Made by a program: the position numbers and the translations under genes. Positions 12,401 through 26,334 of a stretch of 64,000 bases of DNA are shown piece after piece (the stretch's first letter is position 1; each line of letters starts with the position of its first letter). The stretch covers positions 3,596,001 to 3,660,000 of the forward strand of contig OX597834.1 in assembly GCA_951406725.2 (NCBI GenBank). The letters run 5' to 3'. Under the pieces are notes generated by a model. The model searched no databases. It saw nothing but the letters and a program-made list of their open reading frames with translations, and was not told where the DNA came from. This DNA is from Octopus vulgaris. Its lineage: Eukaryota.

Positions 12401-12631
12401 GGCGGCGAGCTGGCAGAAACGTTAGCACGCTGGGCGAAATGCGTAGCCATATTTCGTCTGCCGTTACTATTTGAGTTCAAATTCCGCCGAGGTCGACTTT
12501 GCCTTTCATCCTTTCGGGGTCGATAAATTAAGTACCAGTTGCGCACTGGGGTCGATGTAATCGACTTGATCCCTTTGTCTGTCCTTGTTTGTCCCCACTA
12601 TGTTTAGCCCCTTGTGGGTAATAAAGAAATA
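12401..12631 (+). mobile_element. tRNA-derived SINE (MetaSINE-like core)
   Basis: GGCGGCGAGCTGGCAGAA head, B-box GAGTTCAAAT, core GCCTTTCATCCTTTCGGGGTCGATAAA, tail GCCCCTTGTGGGTAATAAAGAAA. Five loci in the window. Confidence 0.88.
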
Positions 12632-12820
12632 TATAAATATAAATATACATACATACTTACACATACAACAGTGATGTAAAAATTACACATTCACACTAAC
12701 TCAGAGTATAGCAATTTACATTTGTAATCATTGATCTAGAATCTGGCAAATAGAGTAACAGGCAATAGCTTTCCAATTGATGACAGTATAATATATAAAA
12801 GAAGATGAGGAAACGAAAAA

Positions 12821-12863
<43 letters not shown>

Positions 12864-13475
12864 AGTACAAACATGCACATTTAGATAAAGGTTTAAAGTG
12901 ACACGTACACTCGAATGCAAGAACGGTACATTGTTACACATTTGTAATCTTCGATTTTAGTTAGTAGCTAACACAATTAGTCATGCAAATTACTAATTCA
13001 TGAAAAAGGACTTGGAGACAAAGATACATACACACAAGTTCAGGTACAGGCATGCGCATGTACATGCATACACATATATAGAGAGGCTGATGTAAACTCT
13101 CTCAAACACGACAGAGAAGTACTCTGGCACTCATTTTAACGTAATGTATATCCACGCGCAGAACGTCGCTAACTGTGGTATTTTGTCTCAGAAAATTTCT
13201 CCTGGGAAACTTTGAGTATTATAAAACAGAGTTCACTGAGAATGATGCCAGTGCATTATCAGATACCAGTCCTTCAGCATTATTTGGCCTCCGCAGTGGT
13301 TGAACATCACAGGACATTCTGAGGTAAGTCGGAACCTTCGTTGCAATATAGAAATTAGTAAACAAGACATTCATTGATTTGTATGATAGCTTGCCTTCGT
13401 ACTTCGAACAGCATTATATTAAAATAACAATAGTTGTAACATTTAAAGTGTATATAAAAAGTAGCTGTAATATTC

Positions 13476-14114
13476 TGTAACGGAGAAGTTACCTCTTGTT
13501 GCAGAGAAGACGTGGTCTAAAATGTGTAGTGACCCTATAGCGGTGCGCGCTCGCGCACCGTCCATTTGTATTTCGCGCGTGTTGGTGCCTTTACCAAGGC
13601 ACAGAAAGGAAGGGCCCTCTCGCGCATGCGCGAACCACCGGAAGCACGACCCTGGCCAAGGCAGGGGGATCGTAGAACGTTTGACCACTAGCAGCAGCAA
13701 GCGGCGACTTGGGACCCAGCGATTGAAGGCGGCGGTCACGCATATATTCTCTCCGTCTGAACTAGCTTCTAGCAGTCCTTACCAAAAGGGCTTTAACCTG
13801 GATTGTTGCAGACCAACATCGTCTCCATTGTTCGACGCCATCTTGGACCCTTTCTGTTTTTGGCGGCTGGACATTGTAAATATTACAATCGATTTACTTT
13901 CAGCCTTGCGCGCCCCGAACCAAGGACATCAGATAACACACTTATTGTTATTGTTACCAAGAAAGAGAATAAAGTAGTTATATATATTTTACGTCTGCGT
14001 CTTGTTGTTTCTGACTAGTAGAATTCTGGATTATTAAAGCAACGGCTAGTGAGTGATTGCTTTCTTGTACCCCGAAAGTACAAGACAAGACAAACTCACG
14101 CTAAGTTCGTTACA
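13476..14114 (+). mobile_element. Solo-LTR-like element
   Basis: GC-richer block bounded by TGTAACG...CGTTACA inverted termini, with an internal AATAAA near 13968. No TSD seen. Confidence 0.55.
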
Positions 14115-16226
14115 AATGAAACAGAAGTTGAAATTTTTAATAATTTTTTCACCCGAATCGCAACGTCTAGAAAACACATAACCGGACACATACAATATTC
14201 CACACTGCGCCGATCTTAGGACACTTGAAGTCAGACGGTTGGTGGGAATCTTCTCAAATTTATGGCAATTATCTCTGATAAAACTCTGTCAGCTGGACCC
14301 CGCTAAAATAGTTATGTCCCTCCATGTCCATCACAAGAAAAACGCAATGTACATTTTGGAATCCTGAAGTATTCCCTTGTTGCTACAGATCCATAAACCT
14401 TTGCTAAATCTAACTACAAAACATTCAGCATATCCTTCTTTTCACATTCAATGGTTTTCCCACCAGCCAGATATTTTTGCATTACATAATTTCTGGACTG
14501 GGCTGTCAATATAGTCTTTGTTTTTCTCTCTTTCTCTCTCTCATAAATTTATTTGTGAAAGTGTGTTGTTCATAGGCTCTCTTCTCTTTTATACATTCAT
14601 TTTTATTTTTGCAATTAAGGTGTGTGTCCTATGAATCTTTTTATCTTAATTTTAGTTATAGCAAGGTATAGCAACTGACATACTTGCTGTGTGATTGGCC
14701 CTGGGCCAATTCTTCAACGCTAAACACGAAGTTTGCATTGTCAGAGTTAAGGTGCTTGCTGTAAGGCAAGGAGGAACAAAAGCGGCTCGTGGGCCCGTGT
14801 GGCAGAAGTGCAACGTTGCATCGAAGCCATGATTCGGTCTTTAGTGGACAAAATGGGCGCATGGTACTTGAGGTCAAGCAGATGTTTGAGGAACGAGATT
14901 TTTTATGTATGTTCGTATTTCAATAAATACATCCTGTCAGAATTTAAAAGTCGACCAATGGACACTCAGTAAACGATTAACATCTGGTTTACGTTTGCTT
15001 GGCATCGAATTATCGTAACGTTGGTTATCTCCGCTGTGAGAGTGTCTTTAATCTTTTCGTCCATCCAAGACACCGTTCTTTCATTTTTATTGTCATCACC
15101 TTGTTTCTGACATTGTCTGGACTGTCCTGATAGTACTTTTGTTTAGAAACATCCCCCGTTTTGCAGAGAGTGCATATCAATATTTTTTTTTATATATTCG
15201 CCAACTATCGGAGAAAGCAAATATTTTGCTATTTTCCAAATAATTTGAAGCATGGCTGAGAAAGAAGTAATCATAATGTTCGACGACGCGTTCCTCGTCG
15301 GAGAAAAAGAATACTGGCGTAGCTTTGACAACAGTAAAGGACATCGCCGCCTCACCAGCGAAAGTAGAATCCGAGCCTAATACACTTTCGTCTCTAAGCT
15401 TATTAGTCTGCTTCAGCTGGTGCTGTTCAGGGATAGAAGTAAGATGAACTACACGAGCTTAGGCAGACTACTATGGTCCCTTAAAGATTGAAACCAGAGC
15501 TTTACCACAGAGTAGGGGATAATTAGTATGGCTAAGCTGTATGGAAGAGGGGTAAATAAATGTTATGTATGGAAGAACTGTATCAAATCTTTACATCGAG
15601 ACACAAATTACTTAATAGCAAGCTGGAACCGATCCTAAGATTCTTGCATAAACATAGCAAGACTTTTAAGAAATTTAACACACGTTCTAGATAACTGAGT
15701 AGTAAAGATAAAAGCACAACTCCCCAAATACATAGTCTCTTTTTCAGTCAATCAAGTATATATTCATTTACCTTTCAACGACTCAGCATAGTTAACACCA
15801 CAGCTACGAAAATATCTGAATAACTTAGAAGATAACACGGAACTGAACCACCCGACAATAATATACAAGAACTATACTTAAAAGCAAGCTTATTAAGTAC
15901 AAAGTACCCAACTACTACAATATACCAAGAAACCCGCGAAAATAGTAACATAAACTTTGACCCAATTAAATAGAACCTTGACTTCGGCCAGCAACAGGTG
16001 TGAAACCGAGGTCAACCACACAAGTTTACAAACAGATCAGATTTTAGATTCAAACCAATCTCACCCCACTTCTTGAACCAGTAAACAACTAATTGAATTC
16101 AGGTGGCTTAGAGCCAAGCTGGTTCAAAGACCCTGGACAGAAAACTATGCCCGGTTGTATATGCAACTGCATGTACTCTCTGCCGTGAAGGTCGTCGTAA
16201 CCATAAAAAGGACATTCCGTATGACA

Positions 16227-16622
16227 TCTTTATATATAAAAGTAAGGTTGTGTGTCTGTCTCCTACGATTTAGATTCCTAACTACTCCCACATTTTGCGG
16301 TGCAGTTTAACCAAAACCGGGTATCTTATAGTCGTGATTCATATTGAGCCCTTCTGGGTATTAGCGCGCGTCTACAATGAGTCTACGATTTAAAAAAAAA
16401 TTTACCATCATTTTTTTCCATTTTAATGTATTTTTTCGCTATTATATAAGGGAAGTAACTCTCTAAAAATGTCTACGATGAGTCAACGATTTAAAAAAAA
16501 TTTACCATCATTTTTTTCCATTTTTAATGCATTTTTTTGCTATGTTTTGGCTATAACTCTCTAAAAATGCTTATATAGTTATTTCCCTTACAAACCCGAG
16601 CAACGCCGGGCGATACTGCTAG
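16227..16622 (+). mobile_element. Non-autonomous Helitron, family A (internally rearranged)
   Basis: A|TC...hairpin...CTAG|T, homologous to 8967-9498. Confidence 0.88.
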
Positions 16623-17960
16623 TTGTAAAATAAAATGCTTCAGAATTGCCAAGTTAACAGTTTGACCAGGAGGAACTAATTCTGTGTGAACAACTCCTTT
16701 CGCATTAATGAAACAAATTAGCGTCGTCTTAGCATTGGACTTTACTTGACACGTTTTTTGTGGTGTGGTGACATCGAATGCTTCCATTGACTTAATTGCT
16801 GCTTCGTTTCCAAATCGTAGCCGTAGCACCATCTTTCGTCAGGAGTGATGACCTTCGAAAAAAAGGTCCGGATCAATTTCTAACTATTCTTTCAGTTCAT
16901 GACACACATTCAGTCGTGACCGTTTTTGATCTTCCGTGAGCAAATGAAGAACAAATTTTGTTGCAACTCTTTTCGTTCGCAATTCCTCGTTCAGAATTCG
17001 TAAGCAGGATCTCCAGGACACAGCAGTCATATCAACACGTTCGTCAATTGTTCAGTGACGGTCCTCCAAGATCAGTTCATGAGTTTTCATGATTTTTCAT
17101 TCGTTCTGGAGGTCAATGGTCGTCCTGAACGAGGTTGGTCTTCAAGCGACAAGTGACCATTCCTAAAGCATGTGTAGGCATCTAGCTTGACCCTGCCTGA
17201 GATTTGAAACCAAATCCACCTGCTTGTTGCTTGTCAAAACTAGCGGGAAATCTTCTGCACACCAGTTGATTGATGAGGAAACACTCGACCCCCTACGACC
17301 TGTGCTGGTCAAGGAAAGGTCAGTCCTTTGTTTAAGGTTTGACCTACATTACTAACCATAGTTTATATAACAGAGAGAATTTCCTATCTCTTCCTCTGAT
17401 GTGTCAGCTATGACCAACGAGCAACACGCTCTTTTGCGTTAGTCATGACCAAGAACAGCAGTTTCTTCGGCCGCAAGAAAGACGATGCCACCTTTATTCT
17501 TTCTTCCTTTCTAGTCAGCATCGTGCATGCCTTACTCTTTCACTCTCTGCTGACCGACAACCTTCTTCTACACTATCAACTACTAACTAGTGAGCCAACC
17601 TTGAAGAATTGCTGTTGTCTCTTCAACTAACTGTCGGGTAAACGAATAAACATATGCAAATAATATTTCTTCCTTCTTGGTGTTGATTCTTCGATCTTCA
17701 TTGGCTACTCCGACGGGAGCACCCTGAAGCGTTACATCTACACCCTACATTCTGTAGTGGGCTACATCATATCCACATGATATAGCACATCACATCCAGC
17801 CCGCTATACGTGGAAACCACTCGTAAACTTGTGTTTTGCTCAAAAGCGGCTTCCTTGAAGCGTGACAGCTGTTTCGGTTGTCGTTTCTCCCGGTAGAAAA
17901 CGGAATTTCACGGAAGCACACTGTTCCTTTGTTTTCATCCACCGCAAAAATCGACGAACA
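16623..17960 (-). mobile_element. Mariner transposase pseudogene split by an insertion
   Basis: KTQVYEWF near 17820 continues as FRNGHLSLEDQPRSGRP near 17160. Downstream is VKSNAKTTLICFINAKGVVHTELVPPGQTVN. Confidence 0.8.
17173..17808 (+). mobile_element. LTR-like insertion inside the mariner relic
   Basis: Starts TGTAGG and has internal TATA-like and AATAAA signals. It interrupts mariner coding between imperfect 5-bp direct repeats (gcatg/acgtg). Confidence 0.5.
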
Positions 17961-18599
17961 GAGGAGAAGCACTGCAAAACAAAGAAGGCACCCACAGTAT
18001 GACCTCAATAGATAACGCCGGTCGGAAGCCTGACCTACCACGGGGTTATCACACAGAGAACGTCTCTGTTTACTTTTGGGTACCCCATCGTATACTAAAC
18101 CTGCAAAGTAACTTATTCCTTAAATGCGGGTACATATGTGCACGCACCATTGTTCATTTACCGAATAGTCAGCCTTCACTATATTTTTTTGAATGCCCTG
18201 ATATGAAAAGGTGAACAAATTTGATATCAGGTATCTCAAATAATTAATCACGAAATTCATTAATACATATAACAAGACTACTTACAGCAGATTAAGTCAA
18301 CGTATTACTCAAAGGCTTATATTATTAGATGTGTCATAATAAGCTCCTGTTGTAATGACTTAAGTTCGACGTTTGCGATAAAAATGGTGATTTCGTTTAA
18401 TATTTTGTTGCTTAATTTATATTTCCTTTTATTTATTCGATTTATATTTTACTAAATTGAATAGGAAAAATAGCACCAACAAATATATATATTCTGCAAC
18501 GACCATATTACAAAATATATTTGGAGTTCGGAGGATAAAGCTTACATACACGTGTATAATGATTTATAATCCTTGACGTATGCATTAATCTTAGCATCA

Positions 18600-18705
<106 letters not shown>

Positions 18706-19288
18706 CATTCTCGGTTTTCGTTTGATCCAAATTGACACTCGTGTGTACACAAGCACACACACAGACACTTAGAAATGCAGACACGTACACACGCACACAC
18801 AAATACTCACTCATTCTTCTACCACCACCCCCACATGTGTATTTAAAAAAAAAAAATTATCCAAACTGTTTTAATTGTAATTAACGTGGATGTTGCAACG
18901 AATATCAAAGTCCAAGACACTGTTGTTGTATTTTGTATTATTCAGACATCGTTTTCTCCTGGTAACAAAGGATTGTGCTTAAATAACAAACACAGTGATG
19001 TTTCGGTCGATGACGCATGGGAAATACATAACAAAAAAACATATATGTATATATATGTATGTATATATAATCAACCATAGAGTTAAACCAGTGCATCGGT
19101 TAATATTGGCATAATGACTCTCTACAGACACAACAAAATGATAAACTTACGAAGGTGAGTCTCCCTTTTATTTTACCTGTCGTCTACTATTTCGCTTCCT
19201 ATTTCCTTAGTCTAATGAATGGATTGGCTCTTGGAGGTCCATGTAAGACTTTGCTGTTAAAATTCTTGCGCAATAAATTGGTTATATA

Positions 19289-19448
19289 GGCGCAGGCGAG
19301 GCTGTGAGGTAAGACGCTTGCTTCCCAACCACATGGTTCCGAGTTCAGTCTCACTGCGTGGTACCTTCGGCAAATGTTTAATATAGCCTCGGGCCGACCA
19401 AAGCCTGGTGAGTAGATTTGGTACAAGGAAACTAGAATAAGTCCGTAG
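19289..19448 (+). mobile_element. tRNA-derived CORE-like SINE (5' part)
   Basis: GGCGCAGG..GGCTGTG.GGTAAG head and GGTTCCGAGTTCAGT B-box. Homologous to 32925-33380. Confidence 0.8.
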
Positions 19449-19461
19449 TATCTATCTATCT

Positions 19462-19740
19462 GTGATACACGATCCCTATTGATCGTTTTTTTTCCTCTTC
19501 CCCCTTTTTTCCTTTTTTTCTTCTTTTTTTCTTATTCTTTTCTTTTGTTCCTTTTCCTTTTTTTCATTTCCTTTTTTTGTTCTTTTTTTCCTTTTACGAT
19601 CCCTTTTGATCGAAAACCTACGCCACCTTTTTTTTCTTTTGTTTTTTTGTTATTTTGGGGGTTTTTTTCATCCCCCAAAAGAAAAGCTCTACCTTGTAAC
19701 TTGTCCCATCTGTGTGCAGCCCTGTGTGGCCAATAAAGAA
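19462..19740 (+). mobile_element. L1/Tx1-like 3' UTR remnant inside (TATC)n
   Basis: T-rich UTR ending GCAGCCCTGTGTGGCCAATAAAGAAA, flanked by (CTAT)n. A second copy lies at about 39380-39570. Confidence 0.6.
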
Positions 19741-19742
19741 AC

Positions 19743-19813
<71 letters not shown>

Positions 19814-19826
19814 CCTACCTACCTAC

Positions 19827-19882
<56 letters not shown>

Positions 19883-19937
19883 GTGTGTGTGCATTTATGT
19901 ATGTGTGTATGTGTGTATATATATATATATATATGTG

Positions 19938-19969
<32 letters not shown>

Positions 19970-19979
19970 TGTATGTATG

Positions 19980-20023
<44 letters not shown>

Positions 20024-20109
20024 AATAAGGATAAGATCGTTATTTTAATTATCGATCTTATCAAGTGGCCAGTATGGGAATAAAAACCTTCAAAGGTAAT
20101 AATTATTAT

Positions 20110-20213
20110 TAAAATTATAATTTAGGGTATCTAAGAGATACCGCCACGCTGGAAACAGAGTCAAGTTTTGGCTGCTATTTCCAGCGTGAATGTATCTCTT
20201 AGATACCCTAAAT

Positions 20214-20222
<9 letters not shown>
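20110..20222. repeat. Fold-back (inverted repeat)
   Basis: aaaattataatttagggtatctaagagatac pairs with gtatctcttagataccctaaattataatttt. Inner cacgctggaaa pairs with tttccagcgtg. Confidence 0.85.
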
Positions 20223-20247
<25 letters not shown>

Positions 20248-20419
20248 AATATATATATAATATAAATATATATATATATATGCATATATACATACATATA
20301 TGCACATACCTACATCTATATGTATATATACATGCATATATGGGTACAGGACATTAAAAAACGTTGAACACAATGAGAAACGAAAACATAAAATCAAAAA
20401 GATAGAAAACTTTTTTAGA

Positions 20420-21100
20420 GTAGATTAGAGTAGATTCGTAAGCAAAAGTCTACCCACGGACCCGAGGTGCGGGCGTGTCAGTGAAACTGTCATACACGCC
20501 TTCGTACATGGTGAAGAACTGAGGGGATTGATAACCCATGCGGAACAACTGGTGTCAGATACGGAAAGAGTACGGTTATCGACTGAGTCTTCATCAAGAT
20601 CGTACCGCCTCCCTCTTTGAACAAGGATAAGAAGGCGTAGAAGAGGAATCGAGACAGGCAACTTTATCTCCGGACACGGGTTGGTTAGTTTTTTTTTAAC
20701 TACCACCTGCCCAGGAAGATCAGTCTGGAGAGGAGGTGCCTCTGCCTCAAAGAGCGTTGGAGAAAAGATGGACAAATGTAAGGAAGTTGAGAGTGAATGG
20801 GGCTACGCCAGTGTCGCCGGTCTGGACGGAAAAAAAGGAAAAGAAAAAAGGAAGAATAATTAAACGAAAAATTATTATAAAGAGTAAAAAAGAGAAAAAA
20901 GAAACCCCCGGCGGGTCGAACAGAAATCCGGAAAAATATATTATTATTTAATTTTTAATTCATTTAATTCGTTTCGATTTCATTGTATTTTTCAAATTCA
21001 TTATATCGAACTAAATAATGTATAACCCCAGTCCCTAAATGTGTTTGTTTCGTCTTTGTTTCGTCCCCTCTATGTGAGCCATGTATTGGCAATAAAGAAA
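20420..21100 (+). mobile_element. 5'-truncated L1/Tx1-like 3' fragment
   Basis: Degenerate PRC...SETVIHAFVH zinc-finger region resembling 31620-31680, ending in GGCAATAAAGAAA. Confidence 0.6.
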
Positions 21101-21381
21101 TCAGTGTGAACCGAGTCTGGCTGACCGGCGGCTCAACGAAACGCAGTCTGTGAATGGAAAAGCAGAAAAAGGACAGCCATGGTAACTCACCAAGGGAAGC
21201 AGCGATTTTGTCCCACCACCCTCACTTTTCATTGACTCACTTTCTATTCTCTGTGACATTACCATATCTCTCTCTTTGTACTACCATGAGATCGTGTACA
21301 CACATACACAGGCGGCCAAAATTAACTTTCATTACCTTGCATGCTTTACGAACTGTGTTATACTATTACACAAGCCGAGCC

Positions 21382-21454
<73 letters not shown>

Positions 21455-21884
21455 TATATAAATTAATCAAAATAAAAACATGATTTGGCATCATGTTTTA
21501 ATTTTGATTAATTTACTCCACCACCTACACCACCAAACGGTATATACAGGTGCTTACAATTATCAAGTACTCACCCTGAATTTCTCTCTCTCTCTCTATA
21601 TATATATAAATATATGCATACATACATATATGCACATACCTACATCTATATGTATATATACATGCATATATGAGTACAGGACATTAAAAAACGTTGAACA
21701 CAATGAGAAACGAAAACATAAAAAGAAAAACATAGAAAACTTTATTAAAGTAACGGTAAATAAATACTTCTTTACAACTTCGATCTCTGTTCTTCTTTCA
21801 TCTTTCACATCTTACAATATGCCGTGGTAATAAATCTTTGCTGTTCACACACACACACGCTTTTTCTTTTCCAATTTTTATTAT

Positions 21885-22715
21885 CTGCTTCAGCTCGTGA
21901 GCTGTGGCCGTGCTGAATACCACTATTGGTTTTGCTACGTTTTCCTTAATACTCTTTCTATGGTTGGCTTGGTGAATGAGGGAGTTCAACATTACCACTT
22001 TCGATTGCCTTTCCTGATGTGAAGTTGGCTCATCTGGGACTTTTGACTAGGAAATCCATTTCTGGTTTGAAGACGTTTGTATCCACTCCATGTAGGTCTC
22101 TCATGTCTTTTCAGGAGGATATTGAAAGACTGTGAGCACTTATATCATAAACTGTTGCAGTATCCGGTCCTGTATTTCGACGGTATGGGTGGGATCTGGC
22201 AGAAACGATAGCGCGCCGGGCGAAATGCTTAGCGGTATTTCGTCTGTCGTTACGTTGTGAGTTCAAATTCCGCCGAGGTCGACTTTGCCTTTCATCCTTT
22301 CGGGGTCGATAAATTAAGTACCAGTTATGCACTGGGGTCGATGTAATCGACTTAATACCTATGTCTGTCCTTGTTTGTCCCCTCTATGTTTAGCCCCTTG
22401 TGGGTAATAAAGAAATAGGTATGGGTGGGATCTTTGGCACTACGCTCTGGAATTTTTGTAACTTCCAATGCCAAAGTAAGGTCCAGGACAAGACGTTCCA
22501 TATCTTCCAAGTGTATATTACACCTCATCTTTCCACCCTCCGCACCTGGGAGTCACAACCTTTTCAGTTTTTACCAATAACAATTCTATTACACTGAGAC
22601 AATCTTCATTGAATTGCTTCAAGTTCAGCCACCCATTGTACTCTATGTGGTGGCCATTGTGGGAATCAGTGGTCAAAAAGCCCTAGGACAAATATCCCCC
22701 AGAGGGCTCTCATGG
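21885..22715 (-). mobile_element. Degenerate CR1-like LINE 3' fragment interrupted by a SINE
   Basis: Minus strand aligns by eye to the C-terminus of the 57580-59879 ORF ([24 protein letters not shown]). Confidence 0.75.
22198..22417 (+). mobile_element. MetaSINE-like SINE with 16-bp TSD
   Basis: GGTATGGGTGGGATCT is repeated at 22182-22197 and 22418-22433. Confidence 0.9.
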
Positions 22716-22900
22716 TTTCTTGTTGTCATAGGTGCCCTGGGAATGATAGCAAAAGGGGCTGATTGCTACCTAACTCAGATACTAGGAAACCCCAAAACGG
22801 TAGAAATTCAAAAGATAGTGCTCATGGGAACTGCCCATATCCAGCGTAGAATACTGTCTCTGTTTTAAAACAAACTCATAATTTTCTTATGGTTTCTTAA
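22715..22900 (+). mobile_element. Extreme 3' end of an R4/Dong-like LINE
   Basis: Encodes VVIGALGMI...EIQKIVLMGTAHIQRRILS. Confidence 0.75.
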
Positions 22901-22971
22901 ACATTCTCTAAAACAATATTATTTACATTATTTACATCAGACGGATATTTGTCCTCATTTTGTTTGATGTT

Positions 22972-23017
22972 AATACAACGTTTCGGATGATATACCCTCC
23001 AGCCTTCATCAGGGGTC
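22972..23017 (-). ncRNA. Degenerate hammerhead motif (duplicate of 45-90)
   Basis: Same CTGATGA...GAAACGTT sequence as 45-90. Confidence 0.5.
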
Positions 23018-23066
23018 TTGGGGAAATTTCGAACCTGGGTTCTCATTCTTAAGGTATTTTTTGAAG

Positions 23067-23125
<59 letters not shown>

Positions 23126-23653
23126 GAGTGAGAGAGCAGTTCATGCCATCAAAGTGACACTGGGGTAAAATATACGAAGCCCGGTATACCCATCATGACT
23201 ACCCCGTCTGATAAGGGTACATTAGGCACATGCATCACAACCATATGTGCTCGACGTGGTGATCTCATATCAAGTTAAACAGCGCATGACCTTGCAGGTG
23301 GGGCCCAGTTAGAATTTTCTTCTGGTCAAGTAGCCCATCCCGCTCAAAAGGTCCCTGAATGAGGATTGTTTAAGGATTTTCCACCCTCCGCACCTGGGAG
23401 TCACAACCTTTTCAGTTTTTACCAATAACAATTCTATTACACTGAGACAATCTTCATTGAATTGCTTCAAGTTCAGCCACCCATTGTATTTTATGTGGTG
23501 GCCATTGTGGGAATCAGTGGTCAAAAAGCCCTAGGACAAATATCCCCCAGAGGGCTCTCATGGTTTCTTGTTGTCATAGGTGCCCTGGGAATGATAGCAA
23601 AAGGGGGGGGAAATTTCGAACCTGGGTTCTCATTCTTAAGGTATTTTTTGAAG

Positions 23654-23715
<62 letters not shown>

Positions 23716-24078
23716 GAGTGAGAGAGCAGTGCATGCCATCAAAGTGACACTGGGGTAAAATATACGAAGCCCGGTGTTGAACGAACTACGCATGTTTCCA
23801 AAGGTGAATTATCCAAACCTCCAAGAATTCCTTTCAACATACGGCTATGATGCTCCCCCGTTACTTCTGTTCGTGGTCAGAGATGCACATATCGTCAGCC
23901 ACTAAGGGACACGCTCAACTGGTTAAGGTAAAACAACTGACGAGCAAATCTGTGGTATTGAGCAGAATATTTGCTGTAGCCCATCTTTTATACCAAGACA
24001 AAACAATGTACATGATAACACTTCCAATCAGTTAAGATCAGAAGCCACGAGAGCCACTGCCTGGTACTGCATCAGGGA

Positions 24079-24109
<31 letters not shown>

Positions 24110-24118
24110 GTTGTTGTT

Positions 24119-24990
24119 GTTGTTCAAAGAAGCGCTGGCGTTTCTCGTACCGGCGGATCCTTTGTGCTTTGGCAAGCATATCTTGCTCCGCTTTTCTTTT
24201 ATCTCAGGTAAATAGTTGAACTTTTTGTTTTGTTCAAAGAAGCGCTGGCGTTTCTCGTACCGGCGGATCCTTTGTGCTTTGGCAAGGATATCTTGCTTCC
24301 GCTTTTCTTTTATCTCAGGTAAATAGTTGAACTTTTTGTTGTTGTTCAAAGAAGCGCTGGCGTTTCTCGTACCGGCGGATCCTTTGTGCTTTGGCAAGGA
24401 TATCTTGCTTCCGCTTTTCTTTTATCTCAGGTAAATAGTTGAACTTTTTGTTTTGTTCAAAGAAGCGCTGGCGTTTCTCGTACCGGCGGATCCTTTGTGC
24501 TTTGGCAAGGATATCTTGCTTCAGCTTTTCTTTTATCTCAGGTAAATAGTTGAACTTTTTGTTTTGTTCAAAGAAGCGCTGGCGTTTCTCGTACCGGCGG
24601 ATCCTTTGTGCTTTGGCAAGGATATCTTGCTTCAGCTTTTCTTTTATCTCAGGTAAATAGTTGAACTTTTTGTTTTGTTCAAAGAAGCGCTGGCGTTTCT
24701 CGTACCGGCGGATCCTTTGTGCTTTGTCAAGGATATCTTGCTTCCGCTTTTCTTTTATCTCAGGTAAATAGTTGAACTTTTTGTTTTGTTCAAAGCAGCG
24801 CTGGCGTTTCTCGTACCGGCGGATCCTTTGTGCTTTGGCAAGGATATCTTGCTTCCGCTTTTCTATTATCTCAGGTAAATAGTTGAACTTTTTGTTTTGT
24901 TCAAAGAAGCGCTGGCGTTTCTCGTACCGGCGGATCCTTTGTGCTTTGTCAAGGATATCTTGCTTCCGCTTTTCTTTTATCTCAGTTAAA
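24119..24990 (-). repeat. 111-bp tandem array (8 units)
   Basis: Anchors at 24125, 24235, 24347, 24458, 24569, 24680, 24791 and 24902. Confidence 0.9.
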
Positions 24991-25017
24991 TTCAGCTTTT
25001 CTTTTTTCTCAGGTAAA

Positions 25018-25080
<63 letters not shown>

Positions 25081-25082
25081 CA

Positions 25083-26105
25083 TTCAGTAGTTTTATTTTT
25101 ATAGCGTGCTTTCACTTCACTACCGAGCACAGCTCTGTGTGCCTTGGGTATGTGCTGTGATTTGTTGTGATGCTCTGATGGTTATTGTATGGAAAGTGTT
25201 CTGCGTAGGATGTGTGCAGTGCCTAGTAGTGCAATTTTCTGTATGTTATATGTGTTTGTAAGTCCTGGTGTTTTTGTTGTGTATTTGTCTGAACATTTTT
25301 TTATCATGCCTAATGCACCTACTATGATAGGAATTGTTTCTGTTTTCAGATTCCACATTCTAGTTACCTCTATTTCCAGGTCTTTGTATTTTGAGAGTTT
25401 CTCCATTTCTTTTAGAGACACGTTGTCATCAGCCGGTATTGATACATCAATTAGAAAGCATTTTTTTTCTTCATGATCTCTGACAACTATATCTGGTCTG
25501 TTGGCCTTAATTTCTCTATCTGTGTGTATCGGCATATCCCAGAGTATGGTTGCTTTCTCGTTTTCTGTGACCTTTTCTGGTGTGTGCCTATACCATCTTT
25601 TTTCTGTTGTTATTCCATAATGTTGGCATAGCTTCCAATGTATGTAGGTTCCAACTCTGTCATGTCTGTGAATATATTCCTTCTTAGCCAGGACTGGGCA
25701 GCTAGAGATAATATGATTTATTGTTTCTTGTCTATCTCCACATATTCTGCAGTTACTTGTAATATTTCTTTTCATTACATGTTTTTGGTAATTTCTGGTG
25801 GGGAGGCTTTGGTCTTGTGCTGCAATTAAAAATCCCTCTGTTTCTGCTTTGAGTCCTGAGCTTCTCAACCATTGCTGGGATTTTTCTTTGTCTATTTCTT
25901 TTGCGTTTAGTTTAGTCCAGTATTTACCATGAAGGGGCTTTTCTTGCCATCGTTTTATCATGGTTCGTTGCTGTTCTATTTTTAGTTTGGATTTCATTTG
26001 TTTTATAGCTTTTGTTGTTTCTTCATCTTCTTCTTCTTCTTCGTGTTTATTAGGTGGTATGATTTCTTGTTTGTATTTGTCAGCTTCCTTAAATACTGAG
26101 AACAG

Positions 26106-26108
<3 letters not shown>
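25083..26108 (-). mobile_element. 5'-truncated R4/Dong-like LINE with an open zinc knuckle-RLE frame
   Basis: About 300 uninterrupted codons including CCHC, RHD, RPDIVV, DVSIP and KYKDL. (TAA)n on both sides. Confidence 0.9.
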
Positions 26109-26186
<78 letters not shown>

Positions 26187-26334
26187 TACTATTACTATTA
26201 TTATTATTATTATTAATAATATTTTCCGATTGATTTGCATAATAATAAATGCAAATCAATCTTCTGACCGGGTACCAACCAGAGACCTAAGGTACATTTA
26301 TATTAGATGGAGAGAAACTTTTTGAGAATGTAGG

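Noticed and set aside
12401-12490. tRNA gene suggested by A/B boxes
   Set aside because: No cloverleaf; it is the head of a multicopy SINE.
14656-14877. SDNANFV motif reminiscent of BEL/Pao integrase
   Set aside because: A single short motif with no other integrase residues recognisable.
21105-21150. ctgac...gaaacgcagtc hammerhead-like string (also 34140-34215)
   Set aside because: The CUGAnGA core is incomplete and there are no convincing stems.
22420-22900. Apparent twin-priming inversion of one LINE
   Set aside because: The minus part is CR1-like and the plus part is R4/Dong-like, so they are two separate elements.
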